This document shows positions 39,184-46,756 of a stretch of DNA of 64,000 nucleotides, piece after piece; the stretch's first letter is position 1, and every line of letters begins with the position of its first letter. The DNA comes from Patescibacteria group bacterium (lineage in GTDB: Bacteria; Patescibacteriota; Patescibacteriia; JAHJFT01), in NCBI GenBank assembly GCA_028710985.1, contig JAQTTB010000001.1:231397-295396 (forward strand). The letters run 5' to 3'. Made by a program: the position numbers and the translations under genes. The notes beneath the pieces were generated by a model, which saw only the letters and a program-made list of their open reading frames with translations, made no database searches and was not told where the DNA came from.

Positions 39184-39741
39184 TTATTTCAAATATTCTC
39201 CCGCCATCCGGCCAACGGCATAACCCACTACGATTGCCGCAAAACAAAGCACCGCAATCTCCAACCCGCTCTTCCACCACAATTTGCCCGTGAATTTCGT
39301 CTTCAGCGCGCCGAGCAAAAAAAGCGCAACAATTGTGAACAGAATGGACGGAAAAATTGCCGCCATGACCGGCATGAAAAAAAACGGCAGAAGAGGCAGG
39401 AAACCGCCGATGACATAAGACACAAACATCACGAGCCCGCGCCTCGCGTCAAGCGCCTCGGCCGATTGCTCGGTCCGCGCAAAAAACCGGCGGCGCGGAT
39501 ACATGCCCTCTTTTACCTCGCGTTCGGATTTTGAAGAAATATAAGTCCCAAGACCCATAGAAAGGGATTCCACAAAAATAATCACCAGACCGGAGAGGAT
39601 TACCACGAACCGATCACGGCTTCCTTCAGCGATGCCAATTATTGCGCCAAGCGTTGAGACCAGACTGTCCTGAAAACCGAATACAACCTGATAAATGTAC
39701 CTCCCAACGATTTCGCGTATTTTTTTGGATGACTCGGCCAT
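39184..39741 (-). CDS. VIT1/CCC1 family metal transporter
   Basis: VFGFQDSLVS, LSMGLGTYISSKSE, GGFLPLLPF. Confidence 0.9.
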   Translation of the reverse strand: MAESSKKIREIVGRYIYQVVFGFQDSLVSTLGAIIGIAEGSRDRFVVILSGLVIIFVESLSMGLGTYISSKSEREVKEGMYPRRRFFARTEQSAEALDARRGLVMFVSYVIGGFLPLLPFFFMPVMAAIFPSILFTIVALFLLGALKTKFTGKLWWKSGLEIAVLCFAAIVVGYAVGRMAGEYLK

Positions 39742-39807
39742 ATATTTTAGTTTATCAGAAATTTCAAGTATAATATAGTGTAGATATTAAGAATTAGAAT
39801 TTTATCT

Positions 39808-40272
39808 ATGCGCATTCCTCAAGACCTGCAGCAGCCCGGCGAGAACACCCTTCTGGTCGTTGCCAACACGCAGACAGCTTTAATATACGCGAATGACGGC
39901 GAAAACATCGTGCTCGCCAAAAAAATATTTTTTGAAAAAGAACGCGCGAGCGATAAAGAAGGCTGCGCGATGAGGTCTGCCCGCGGCCCGAGCGGCGGCC
40001 GTCAAATCCAGGGACTCGACAACGTCGCACCCATCGCCGATGACGATCACCTACTCATCGACCATCTCTGCAAAACCCTGGACAATGAGCTCTTTACCCG
40101 CTTCAAAAATAAAGAATTTGAAAAATGGTATCTTGTCGCGCCGGATTATATAATAAAAATCGTCAAAAACCAGATGCATCCGTATCTTAAAAAATCGCTT
40201 TCAAAAACTCTTCCGCAAAATCTGGTGCGGCGCGGTGCCCTTGAAATCCTAAAAAAAATTCGTGAAAAATAA
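39808..40272 (+). CDS. host-attachment protein / baeRF12-like
   Basis: LLVVAN..A.IY N-terminus; YLVAP..L..L C-terminus. Confidence 0.6.
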   Translation: MRIPQDLQQPGENTLLVVANTQTALIYANDGENIVLAKKIFFEKERASDKEGCAMRSARGPSGGRQIQGLDNVAPIADDDHLLIDHLCKTLDNELFTRFKNKEFEKWYLVAPDYIIKIVKNQMHPYLKKSLSKTLPQNLVRRGALEILKKIREK

Positions 40273-40340
40273 AAAAAGCCCCGGCGACCGGATGAACCGG
40301 GCGGGGCGAGAACCAGACTCAGGGCAAGAACCTTAGCGCG

Positions 40341-40562
40341 TCAGCTGATGGACGACGAAACCTTGTCCTTCGGCTCGGGCAAAACGAGAGACATCTGCCT
40401 CTCTCCCCCGAGGTTCAGCCGGACCTGGGTCGGATCGATTGGGCGCAGTGGCAACTCGCGCTCGAGACCGCGATAGTCCACGCCGTCATCACCCATGCCG
40501 CAGGGACAAATACCTCCCTCGTCAAAATAATTGCCGCAATGTGTGCACCTGATCTGCATCAT
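40341..40562 (-). CDS. small Zn-ribbon-like hypothetical protein
   Basis: CTHC..CPC; AAGGAGG SD. Confidence 0.55.
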   Translation of the reverse strand: MMQIRCTHCGNYFDEGGICPCGMGDDGVDYRGLERELPLRPIDPTQVRLNLGGERQMSLVLPEPKDKVSSSIS

Positions 40563-40629
40563 CTCCTCCTTGTCGAAAACCTAAAACGATTATAAATCAA
40601 CGTTAAAAATAAATCAAGTAAAAAATTTT

Positions 40630-41334
40630 ATGAAAAAATTTTTCATCCTGCCAATAATATTCGCGCTCCTGCTCCTTGGCGCCGGCTGTGGCAAAGATTC
40701 TGGCACGACCGAAACATCTCCGACTCCATCCGACTCACTTGAGGAAATCACTTCCAAGGCCGAAAAAATCCAAGAAATGAGTTGCGACCTCGTGGTAACC
40801 AGTGGCGAAGAGCCGGAATATACCGCAAAAATGTATATGAAGGGCACGCGCATGCGCCAAGAATTTGAACTCCAGGGACAAAAAATCGTTATGCTCGGTG
40901 ATATGGCAACCGCGCTTTATATGTATTATCCGGACAAAAATACCGCAATCAAAACGGATCTCAGTGAAAGCCAAGATAAAACCAAAAATAATCCCTATGA
41001 ATATATTGATGAATCCGCGGATTCAACGACCATTATCGGCCACGAAACCATTGATAACAAAAAATGCGTTGTCACTGAAACCAAAACCGGGGTCGGCGAA
41101 AATCTGATTATCAAAAAAATGTGGATTTGGGAAAAGTATGACATGCCGATTAAAATCGTAAGCACGAGCGGAAATCAAGTAACCACCACGGAATACAAAA
41201 ATATTGAAATCGGCAACCAGTCCGACGCCCTGTTCGAACTTCCGGCTGGCGTACAAATAATCGACATGGGTGCGCTTATGCAGGGCAACCTTGATGCCGA
41301 CGCCCTCAAGACGCTTGAAGGTCTTGGACAATAA
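40630..41334 (+). CDS. lipoprotein with LolA-like/DUF4412-type fold
   Basis: LLGAGC lipobox; G.ETIDNKKC..MWIW..PIK..LFELP. Confidence 0.75.
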   Translation: MKKFFILPIIFALLLLGAGCGKDSGTTETSPTPSDSLEEITSKAEKIQEMSCDLVVTSGEEPEYTAKMYMKGTRMRQEFELQGQKIVMLGDMATALYMYYPDKNTAIKTDLSESQDKTKNNPYEYIDESADSTTIIGHETIDNKKCVVTETKTGVGENLIIKKMWIWEKYDMPIKIVSTSGNQVTTTEYKNIEIGNQSDALFELPAGVQIIDMGALMQGNLDADALKTLEGLGQ

Positions 41335-41340
41335 AAGAAT

Positions 41341-41377
41341 TAAAAAACGCCCGCAGATGGGGTGACCAGAGGGAATT
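41341..41377 (-). repeat. 37-bp direct repeat of the tRNA-His 3' end and trailer
   Basis: TAAAAAACGCCCGCAGATGGGGTGACCAGAGGGAATT is identical at 41534-41570. Confidence 0.9.
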
Positions 41378-41550
41378 TCACATCGTCCCCCGCACCGCGG
41401 GGGACTCTTGCGGGAACCTTCAGGTTCCCGCAGGCCCTCCTCCGAATGTAAGAGGGCTCCGCCCCCTTACCATCCCCTGGTTCAATTCCCATTCCGAAAG
41501 TGCACCTTCTCGACAAAAAAATATTTCGCAAAATAAAAAACGCCCGCAGA

Positions 41551-41625
41551 TGGGGTGACCAGAGGGAATTGAACCCTCGTCATCGGAGCCACAATCCGAT
41601 GCTCTACCATTGAGCTATGGCCACC
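41551..41625 (-). tRNA. tRNA-His(GTG)
   Basis: G-1, GTGGCCA/TGGTCAC acceptor, TCGGA-TTGTGGC-TCCGA anticodon arm, CCA. Confidence 0.95.
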
Positions 41626-41655
41626 CAACCACGGACGTTTTTATTTTTAATTAGT

Positions 41656-42417
41656 TTACTCCGCTTTTTTATTTTTATCGTTGTATGTTTCAAACGCACG
41701 CAGGACTTCAAGCGGAATCGCAAAGACAATTGTGTTTGACTGGTCCGAAGAAACATCGTTGATCGTGGAAAGCGTCCGGAGATGAAGCGCGCCCGGACTT
41801 TTGGCGAGCGTCTCCGCCGCCTTGCGCAGATTCTCCGAGGCGGATACTTCACCCTCGGCCTTGATGACCACCGCGCGCCGCTCCCGTTCGGCTTCGGCTT
41901 GCTTGGCGATCACTCTCTGCATGTTCTCCGGCAGGGTGATATCTTTGAGATCGACCGACTGCACTTCAATGCCCCACGGATCAGTTAGCTTTTCAACAAT
42001 GTCCCTGATTTTTTGCGATGCCTCTTCGCGCTTTGAAAGAAGCTCGTCCAAATCCATCTGGCCGCAGACATTTCTCATCGTGGTCTGCGCGAGCTGCGAC
42101 GTGGCGTAGCGGAAATCTTCAACTTCAATAATGGCCTTTTGCGCTTCTTTAACTTTGTAATATATAACCGCGTTTATCTTGGTGGATACATTATCACGGG
42201 TAATGGCTTCCTGAAAAGGCACGTCCGTGGCTTTGACGCGGATATCGACTTTTTGCATGCCCTGAAAAATCGGAAAAACCAGCCGCCATCCCGGCTCCAG
42301 GACTTTTTTATACTTGCCAAGCTGAAATTTCACTCCGCGCTCATACTGCTTTATCTGCCGGATTGAAATCAGAATCACGAAAAGAACTACGCCGACTATC
42401 CAATATAATATATCCAT
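41656..42417 (-). CDS. SPFH/stomatin (band 7) protein
   Basis: YERGVKF.LG, ITRDNV, LAQTTMRNV.G, AKQAEAERERRA, ALHLRTL. Confidence 0.92.
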   Translation of the reverse strand: MDILYWIVGVVLFVILISIRQIKQYERGVKFQLGKYKKVLEPGWRLVFPIFQGMQKVDIRVKATDVPFQEAITRDNVSTKINAVIYYKVKEAQKAIIEVEDFRYATSQLAQTTMRNVCGQMDLDELLSKREEASQKIRDIVEKLTDPWGIEVQSVDLKDITLPENMQRVIAKQAEAERERRAVVIKAEGEVSASENLRKAAETLAKSPGALHLRTLSTINDVSSDQSNTIVFAIPLEVLRAFETYNDKNKKAE

Positions 42418-42461
42418 ACATTTAAAATTTAAAATTGAATTAAAATATTATTGAAAAATTT

Positions 42462-42491
42462 TCCGCCCGAGGCGGATGCGCCTCTGGCGCA
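42462..42491. repeat. double 15-mer hairpin inserted in a TTAAAAT-type array
   Basis: TCCGCCCGAGGCGGA + TGCGCCTCTGGCGCA; same 15+15 design as 11083-11112. Confidence 0.75.
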
Positions 42492-42508
42492 AAAATTGCC
42501 CGAAGGGC

Positions 42509-42747
42509 TGGTACGCCCAGTAGGAATCGAACCTACATATCCAGCTTACCTGCCCGCCAGTGCCTCTACCCCCAGTAGGAATCGAACCTACATATCCAGC
42601 TTACCTGCCCGCCAGTGCCTCTACCCCCAGTAGGAATCGAACCTACATATCCAGCTTAGAAGGCTGGTGTTCTATCCATTGAACTATAGGGGCACAGGCC
42701 ATGGCAGGCGGGGAAGGCTGGTGTTCTATCCATTGAACTATGGGCGC
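42509..42747 (-). pseudogene. tRNA-Arg(TCT) split inside the anticodon by a 164-nt insert
   Basis: 5' half 42713-42747 GCGCCCATAGTTCAATGGATAGAACACCAGCCTTC; 3' half 42509-42548 TAAGCTGGATATGTAGGTTCGATTCCTACTGGGCGTACCA. Confidence 0.85.
42622..42693 (-). tRNA. intact tRNA-Arg(TCT) nested inside the insert
   Basis: GCCCCTATAGTTCAATGGATAGAACACCAGCCTTCTAAGCTGGATATGTAGGTTCGATTCCTACTGGGGGTA; full cloverleaf, no encoded CCA. Confidence 0.85.
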
Positions 42748-42758
42748 ATAAATTTTTT

Positions 42759-42830
42759 TGCCCCCGAGAGGAATTGAACCTCTATTTAGAGCTTAGGAGT
42801 CTCCCGTTCTATCCGTTGAACTACAGGGGC
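42759..42830 (-). tRNA. tRNA-Arg(CCT)
   Basis: GCCCCTG/CGGGGGC acceptor, CTCCTAA loop, GGTTCAATTCC T-arm; one mismatch in the anticodon stem. Confidence 0.8.
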
Positions 42831-42839
42831 ATGATTCAA

Positions 42840-43070
42840 CTATCGCCTTGACAATCTTTTTACTTTTCTTTTTTTAATAAACCTTTCTCTGCGATAGGCC
42901 TCTTCAATACTATCAAATTCTTCGATTCTGGCAATCTTCCATGGCTTAAATGCCGAAGTATATCGGGATAATCCATTATTATGCTGAGCCAATCTTCTTT
43001 TTATATTATTTGTAACTCCAACATAATAACTGCCATTTTTTAAACTTTCTAGAATATATAGAAAATGCAT
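42840..43070 (-). CDS. short stand-alone GIY-YIG nuclease
   Basis: LYILES..YYVGVT..RRLAQHN.G..YT..KPWK..E.F....EAYRRERFIK; C-terminus may be frameshifted in an A-run. Confidence 0.88.
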   Translation of the reverse strand: MHFLYILESLKNGSYYVGVTNNIKRRLAQHNNGLSRYTSAFKPWKIARIEEFDSIEEAYRRERFIKKRKVKRLSRR

Positions 43071-43080
43071 CTTTAAAATA

Positions 43081-43189
43081 TTAGAAGACCTCTATTGTAT
43101 CCATTGAATCCCGACGTTCCGCCGCAGGCGGAAGTCGGGATCCCGACCCCCCGACCCCGCGGGCGTCGGGGCGTCGGGACTACAGGGGC
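43081..43189 (-). pseudogene. 5' half of a tRNA-Arg interrupted by a 71-nt double hairpin (43109-43179)
   Basis: GCCCCTGTAG|TCCCGAC..GTCGGGA x2|TTCAATGGATACAATAGAGGTCTTCTAA, ending at an anticodon-loop-like CTTCTAA. Confidence 0.75.
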
Positions 43190-43228
43190 GAAAAAACGCT
43201 CTAAATATAGCACAAAATTAATACACTG

Positions 43229-44179
43229 TCAATCATCGCGCCGCTGTTTTCCGTGGAATGCCTGATGGACCTCGCGGAGCTGCTTATTCGTGATATGGGT
43301 ATATATCTGCGTCGTGGTGATTGACGAATGCCCGAGCATTGACTGCACCGAACGGATGTCCGCTCCGTTCATCAAGAGATCCGTGGCGAACGAATGGCGC
43401 AGAGTATGCGGCGATACATGCTTGGTAATGCCGGCGGCTTTGCTGTAGCGCTCAATCAGTCGCTGGATGCTCCGCGGCGTGAGCCGCGCGTCTTTTTCGG
43501 ACGCGGCCGCTGCGCCCTTGGCCCGGTCGTGACGCACAAAAAACGCCGGATGCGCGTCATTTCGTTTTTTCAGATATTCATGGAGCCAAAATTTCGCCTG
43601 ATTGGATAAAAACACCACGCGCGTCTTTGAACCCTTGCCGCGAACCGTGAATTCATCGCGGTCAAGATTCACGTCTTCAATATCCAGGCCCACGAGCTCG
43701 GAAACGCGCATGCCGGTTGAAAATAAAAGTTCAAGAATGGCGCGGTCGCGTTTGGCGATGATCTCCGGCTGTTTTAATTTCTGCGGCTGCTCAATCAGGC
43801 GGTCCAAATCTCCGCCTTCCAAAAAATCAACCTGCCGGTCCGGCATTTTCGCGAGCTCAATCTTTTCCGCCGGCATGGTCTTGATGTCCCGCTTGGCCAG
43901 ATACTTGAGCCAGGCGCGGAGCGCGATGAGATGATAATTCTGCGTTGATTTGGAAAGCGGCTGTTTAAATTTGTCTTCCATCCGGTTGAGATAAAGCCGG
44001 AAATCGCGCACCCGGTCGGCGGTGATCTCCTCGGGCTTGGCGATCTTGGCCCAATCCAAAAATCTCTGAAGATAAAATTCGTAATTCGCCCGCGTCCGCC
44101 GGCTCCGGCCTTTTTCAATTTCAAGATAATCAAGAAAATCACCAAGCAGCTGCTGAATTTTTGTTGTCGGCTTTGCCAT
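43229..44179 (-). CDS. XerC/D-like tyrosine recombinase
   Basis: RDRAILELLFSTGMRVSEL, VRGKGSK, SPHTLRHSFAT, LGH..TTQIYTH. Confidence 0.92.
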   Translation of the reverse strand: MAKPTTKIQQLLGDFLDYLEIEKGRSRRTRANYEFYLQRFLDWAKIAKPEEITADRVRDFRLYLNRMEDKFKQPLSKSTQNYHLIALRAWLKYLAKRDIKTMPAEKIELAKMPDRQVDFLEGGDLDRLIEQPQKLKQPEIIAKRDRAILELLFSTGMRVSELVGLDIEDVNLDRDEFTVRGKGSKTRVVFLSNQAKFWLHEYLKKRNDAHPAFFVRHDRAKGAAAASEKDARLTPRSIQRLIERYSKAAGITKHVSPHTLRHSFATDLLMNGADIRSVQSMLGHSSITTTQIYTHITNKQLREVHQAFHGKQRRDD

Positions 44180-44241
44180 ATTGACAAAAATCGTTTTTTA
44201 TTGTATTGTTCCTGGTCCCTTTGATTGAAAAAGGAGAAGCC

Positions 44242-44649
44242 ATGGCCAATGAGAAAAGCATCTCCGTGAGCGCGACCCCGGCACAGCTTAGGCTCATGAT
44301 CGCGAGCGCGATTGATGCCCTGCTTTCCGACCTCGGGGATTCCGAGGAAACCGTGACCATCACCCTCACCCCCGGTCCGATCGGAGCAAGACGTGCTCTC
44401 GAGCTCCCCTACGATCCGTCGGCTCTTCGGGATCTGCTCATCCAGATCGCGAAAAGCGCCGGAATAACCGAGCCCACTAACAAGGTTCTCGCTCAAGCCT
44501 TGAACATCGATCCCGGGTTTCTTTCAAGAGTTATGAACGGCAAAGGCCGCCTCACCAAAAAGCGCGCCCGCGCCATCTACGATCGAATGGCGCACAAAGG
44601 CGCGAGCAGCAAGCTGCTCGACAAGCTGCTCATCCTGATCGACAGTTGA
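44242..44649 (+). CDS. putative HTH DNA-binding protein
   Basis: NKVLAQALNIDPGFLSRVMNGK; AAGGAG SD. Confidence 0.65.
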   Translation: MANEKSISVSATPAQLRLMIASAIDALLSDLGDSEETVTITLTPGPIGARRALELPYDPSALRDLLIQIAKSAGITEPTNKVLAQALNIDPGFLSRVMNGKGRLTKKRARAIYDRMAHKGASSKLLDKLLILIDS

Positions 44650-44732
44650 TTACCTGCCGGTTTCCCCCTGCCCTGCCTATCTCGCCCCCGCCTCGGGAGT
44701 GAGATTTTTTTATCTGTTTTAAAGGGCCAGTC

Positions 44733-44843
44733 TTGACAAAAGTGCTAATTTATGATATAATTTCCCGTTAAATTGGAGGAGTGCTTTACCTGGGCAGATT
44801 AAAGATTTGAAGCCTTCTTCCAATCTTTAATTCGCCCTTTTTT
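44733..44843 (+). promoter_or_regulatory. promoter plus leader terminator (attenuator-like)
   Basis: TTGACA-17-TATAAT, then GGGCAGATTAAAGATT..AATCTTTAATTCGCCC-TTTTTT before the next ATG. Confidence 0.6.
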
Positions 44844-44869
44844 ATTAACTTCCACAAGGAGAGGATATA

Positions 44870-45583
44870 ATGGCCTACACCGAAGAGCACGCCCGCGCCG
44901 AAAACCTTGGTCTTGCGACCGGACTCGGTATCATCGGGCTCGTGATTCTCCTCGGCATCGTCTGGGGTGTCGGCAGCCTATACGCCGCCTCCCAGGAGTG
45001 GAAGCACTCATTCAAGACCCCGACCCGTCAGCAGACCGCGGCTCCCCGGATCGCCATCGCTCCCCCCGCCTCGACCGCCACCAGTGCTTTCCAGGATTCC
45101 CGTTGCATCGGCAACCCCTGGAGCCAGCCCGCCGCCGACGCATTCGGCGTCCCCGAGCCGCTCCTCGGATGCATGCACTACGCGGAGACCCGTTGCGGCA
45201 CCGGCGGCCTAGTAGAAGGCGGCTATCAGGCAGTGACGGCCGTCAAGAATCTCCCCCGGCCCGTAACGAACGCTCAAGCGCTCGCCAAGATCGCGACTCA
45301 CATCGGTGTTCCGATCGAAGACATGCGCTCCAACCGCGTCGGCGCCATGGGCCCGTTCCAATTCGTTCCCGCCACCTGGCTCGCTTACGCGGCCGACGGC
45401 GACCGCGACGGCATCGCGAGCCCCTACGATCTGGCGGATGCGACGTTCACCACCGCGAATCATCTTGCCCAAGCCCATGCCAAACGCGGCAACTGGGCCA
45501 AGGTGCTCCACGGCTGGAACCGGAGCCACAGTCCGCAGGTCAAGAAGAACATCCGTAACATTCTCGCCTGCGCCGGCCTCTAA
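44870..45583 (+). CDS. membrane-anchored lytic transglycosylase (MltB/SLT_2-like)
   Basis: N-terminal TM; AETRCG, GAMGPFQFVPATW..Y..DGDRDG..P....DA...ANHL. Confidence 0.85.
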   Translation: MAYTEEHARAENLGLATGLGIIGLVILLGIVWGVGSLYAASQEWKHSFKTPTRQQTAAPRIAIAPPASTATSAFQDSRCIGNPWSQPAADAFGVPEPLLGCMHYAETRCGTGGLVEGGYQAVTAVKNLPRPVTNAQALAKIATHIGVPIEDMRSNRVGAMGPFQFVPATWLAYAADGDRDGIASPYDLADATFTTANHLAQAHAKRGNWAKVLHGWNRSHSPQVKKNIRNILACAGL

Positions 45584-45655
45584 ACCCACCACAAAAACCT
45601 ACCTCGCCCCGACCACTGCTCTGCATTGGCCGGGGTTCTTCATATATTACGGTAA

Positions 45656-45730
45656 GAGATCCCTCGCCCCCGCACTGCGGGGGACTCGGGATGAAATCAG
45701 GCGTCGTTGCGCCTGATTTCATTTTACGAC
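45656..45730. repeat. nested hairpin repeat cluster
   Basis: GAGATCCCTCG-[CCCCCGCACTGCGGGGGA]-CTCGGGATGAAATCAGGCG..CGCCTGATTTCAT; the inner hairpin recurs at 41387-41407. Confidence 0.7.
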
Positions 45731-45789
45731 ACTTTTGAATTTTTGACTAGAAACGAATATATGATACTATCAAATTAGAGGAGGACACC

Positions 45790-46134
45790 ATGGACCCAAA
45801 CAACGATGCGTGGAAATACGGCCTGTTCTTTTGGGGCGGGCTCTTTGTCCTGATTGCCGCAAGCACGTTCATTCGGTCGCCCGGTCCGGATAATGGCGCA
45901 AGGGCGTGCGTCGCGAATCAAGATACCCTGGTCTTTACCATGCAGATGGACGTATCAGACGCCATCATCTACACGCCGCGCGCCATTCGTGTCGGCAGCA
46001 AGGGCAATATGTTCGAACGCCTCACCTCAATCAAGGCCGGGCCAAACGGCACTTGGCTTGCCACCTTTCACAACACCCTCACCGGCCGCACCGGTACCAA
46101 GATCCTTCCAGCCTGTCCCAAGGACAACAAGTAG
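45790..46134 (+). CDS. hypothetical protein with N-terminal TM
   Basis: GAGGAGG SD; own promoter-like TTGACT..TACTAT. Confidence 0.6.
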   Translation: MDPNNDAWKYGLFFWGGLFVLIAASTFIRSPGPDNGARACVANQDTLVFTMQMDVSDAIIYTPRAIRVGSKGNMFERLTSIKAGPNGTWLATFHNTLTGRTGTKILPACPKDNK

Positions 46135-46359
46135 CCCCCCCCCCTCCGCTCGCGCCCGATCTCTGATCCGGCGCTTTTTTATTTTTCAAGCCCTATCATT
46201 TGACAAACCCGAGCCTATTTGATACACTCTCATCAATTCCCTTAACAATTAATGCGCTTAGGGCGGCCTCGGCTCCCCTTTGTCGTGCAGCGAGCTGGTT
46301 TAGAAGCTTCACAAAACCCAAAATTTTTGGGGCCCATAAACCGGCTCGAGAAAATAAAT

Positions 46360-46620
46360 ATGCTTGATAAAAAGAAAAAAGAGAAAATCATTGAGAAATT
46401 TAAAACTCATGAGACCGACACCGGTTCTCCGCAGGTGCAAATCGCCATCCTCACCGAGGAAATCAGCGAGCTCACCGAGCATCTCCGGGACCATAAGAAG
46501 GATTTTTCTTCCCGCCGCGGCCTGATCCGCAAGGTCGGCGAGCGCCGGAGACTTCTCAAATATCTTCACCGCGAAGACCCGAAAGCATACGAAAAATTAG
46601 CTGAAGCGTTAAAAATATAG
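46360..46620 (+). CDS. rpsO: 30S ribosomal protein S15
   Basis: [32 protein letters not shown]. Confidence 0.97.
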   Translation: MLDKKKKEKIIEKFKTHETDTGSPQVQIAILTEEISELTEHLRDHKKDFSSRRGLIRKVGERRRLLKYLHREDPKAYEKLAEALKI

Positions 46621-46664
46621 TAAAGGCCCCGAATTGTCGGGGCTTTTGTTTTAGATAATAAACT

Positions 46665-46747
46665 ATCGGTGAATCAGTTAATCAGTGAATCGGGCAAAAC
46701 GCCTTAATATAAACCTGATTAACCGATTACCTGATTCACTGATTAAC
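46665..46747. repeat. inverted pair of octamer arrays (GTGAATCA / TGATTCAC type)
   Basis: ATCGGTGAATCAGTTAATCAGTGAATCGGG ... CCTGATTAACCGATTACCTGATTCACTGATTAAC. Confidence 0.75.
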
Positions 46748-46756
46748 ATTAAACAT

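Noticed and set aside
42451-42633. 60-aa ORF with internal repeats
   Set aside because: It is the antisense translation of hairpin elements and tRNA halves.
42509-42750. CRISPR-like array suggested by three recurring ~33-nt repeats
   Set aside because: The repeats are tRNA-Arg 3' halves, the intervening sequences are identical rather than unique spacers, and there are no cas genes.
42830-43110. Group I intron with a homing endonuclease in a tRNA-Arg anticodon loop
   Set aside because: The sequence after the nuclease is a complete tRNA, not a 3' exon, and the ~10-nt flanks leave no room for a ribozyme core.
43229-46134. Prophage or integrative element (recombinase + HTH + lytic enzyme beside tRNAs)
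   Set aside because: The recombinase looks like a housekeeping XerC/D type; I found no att repeat on the rpsO side and no phage structural or replication genes.
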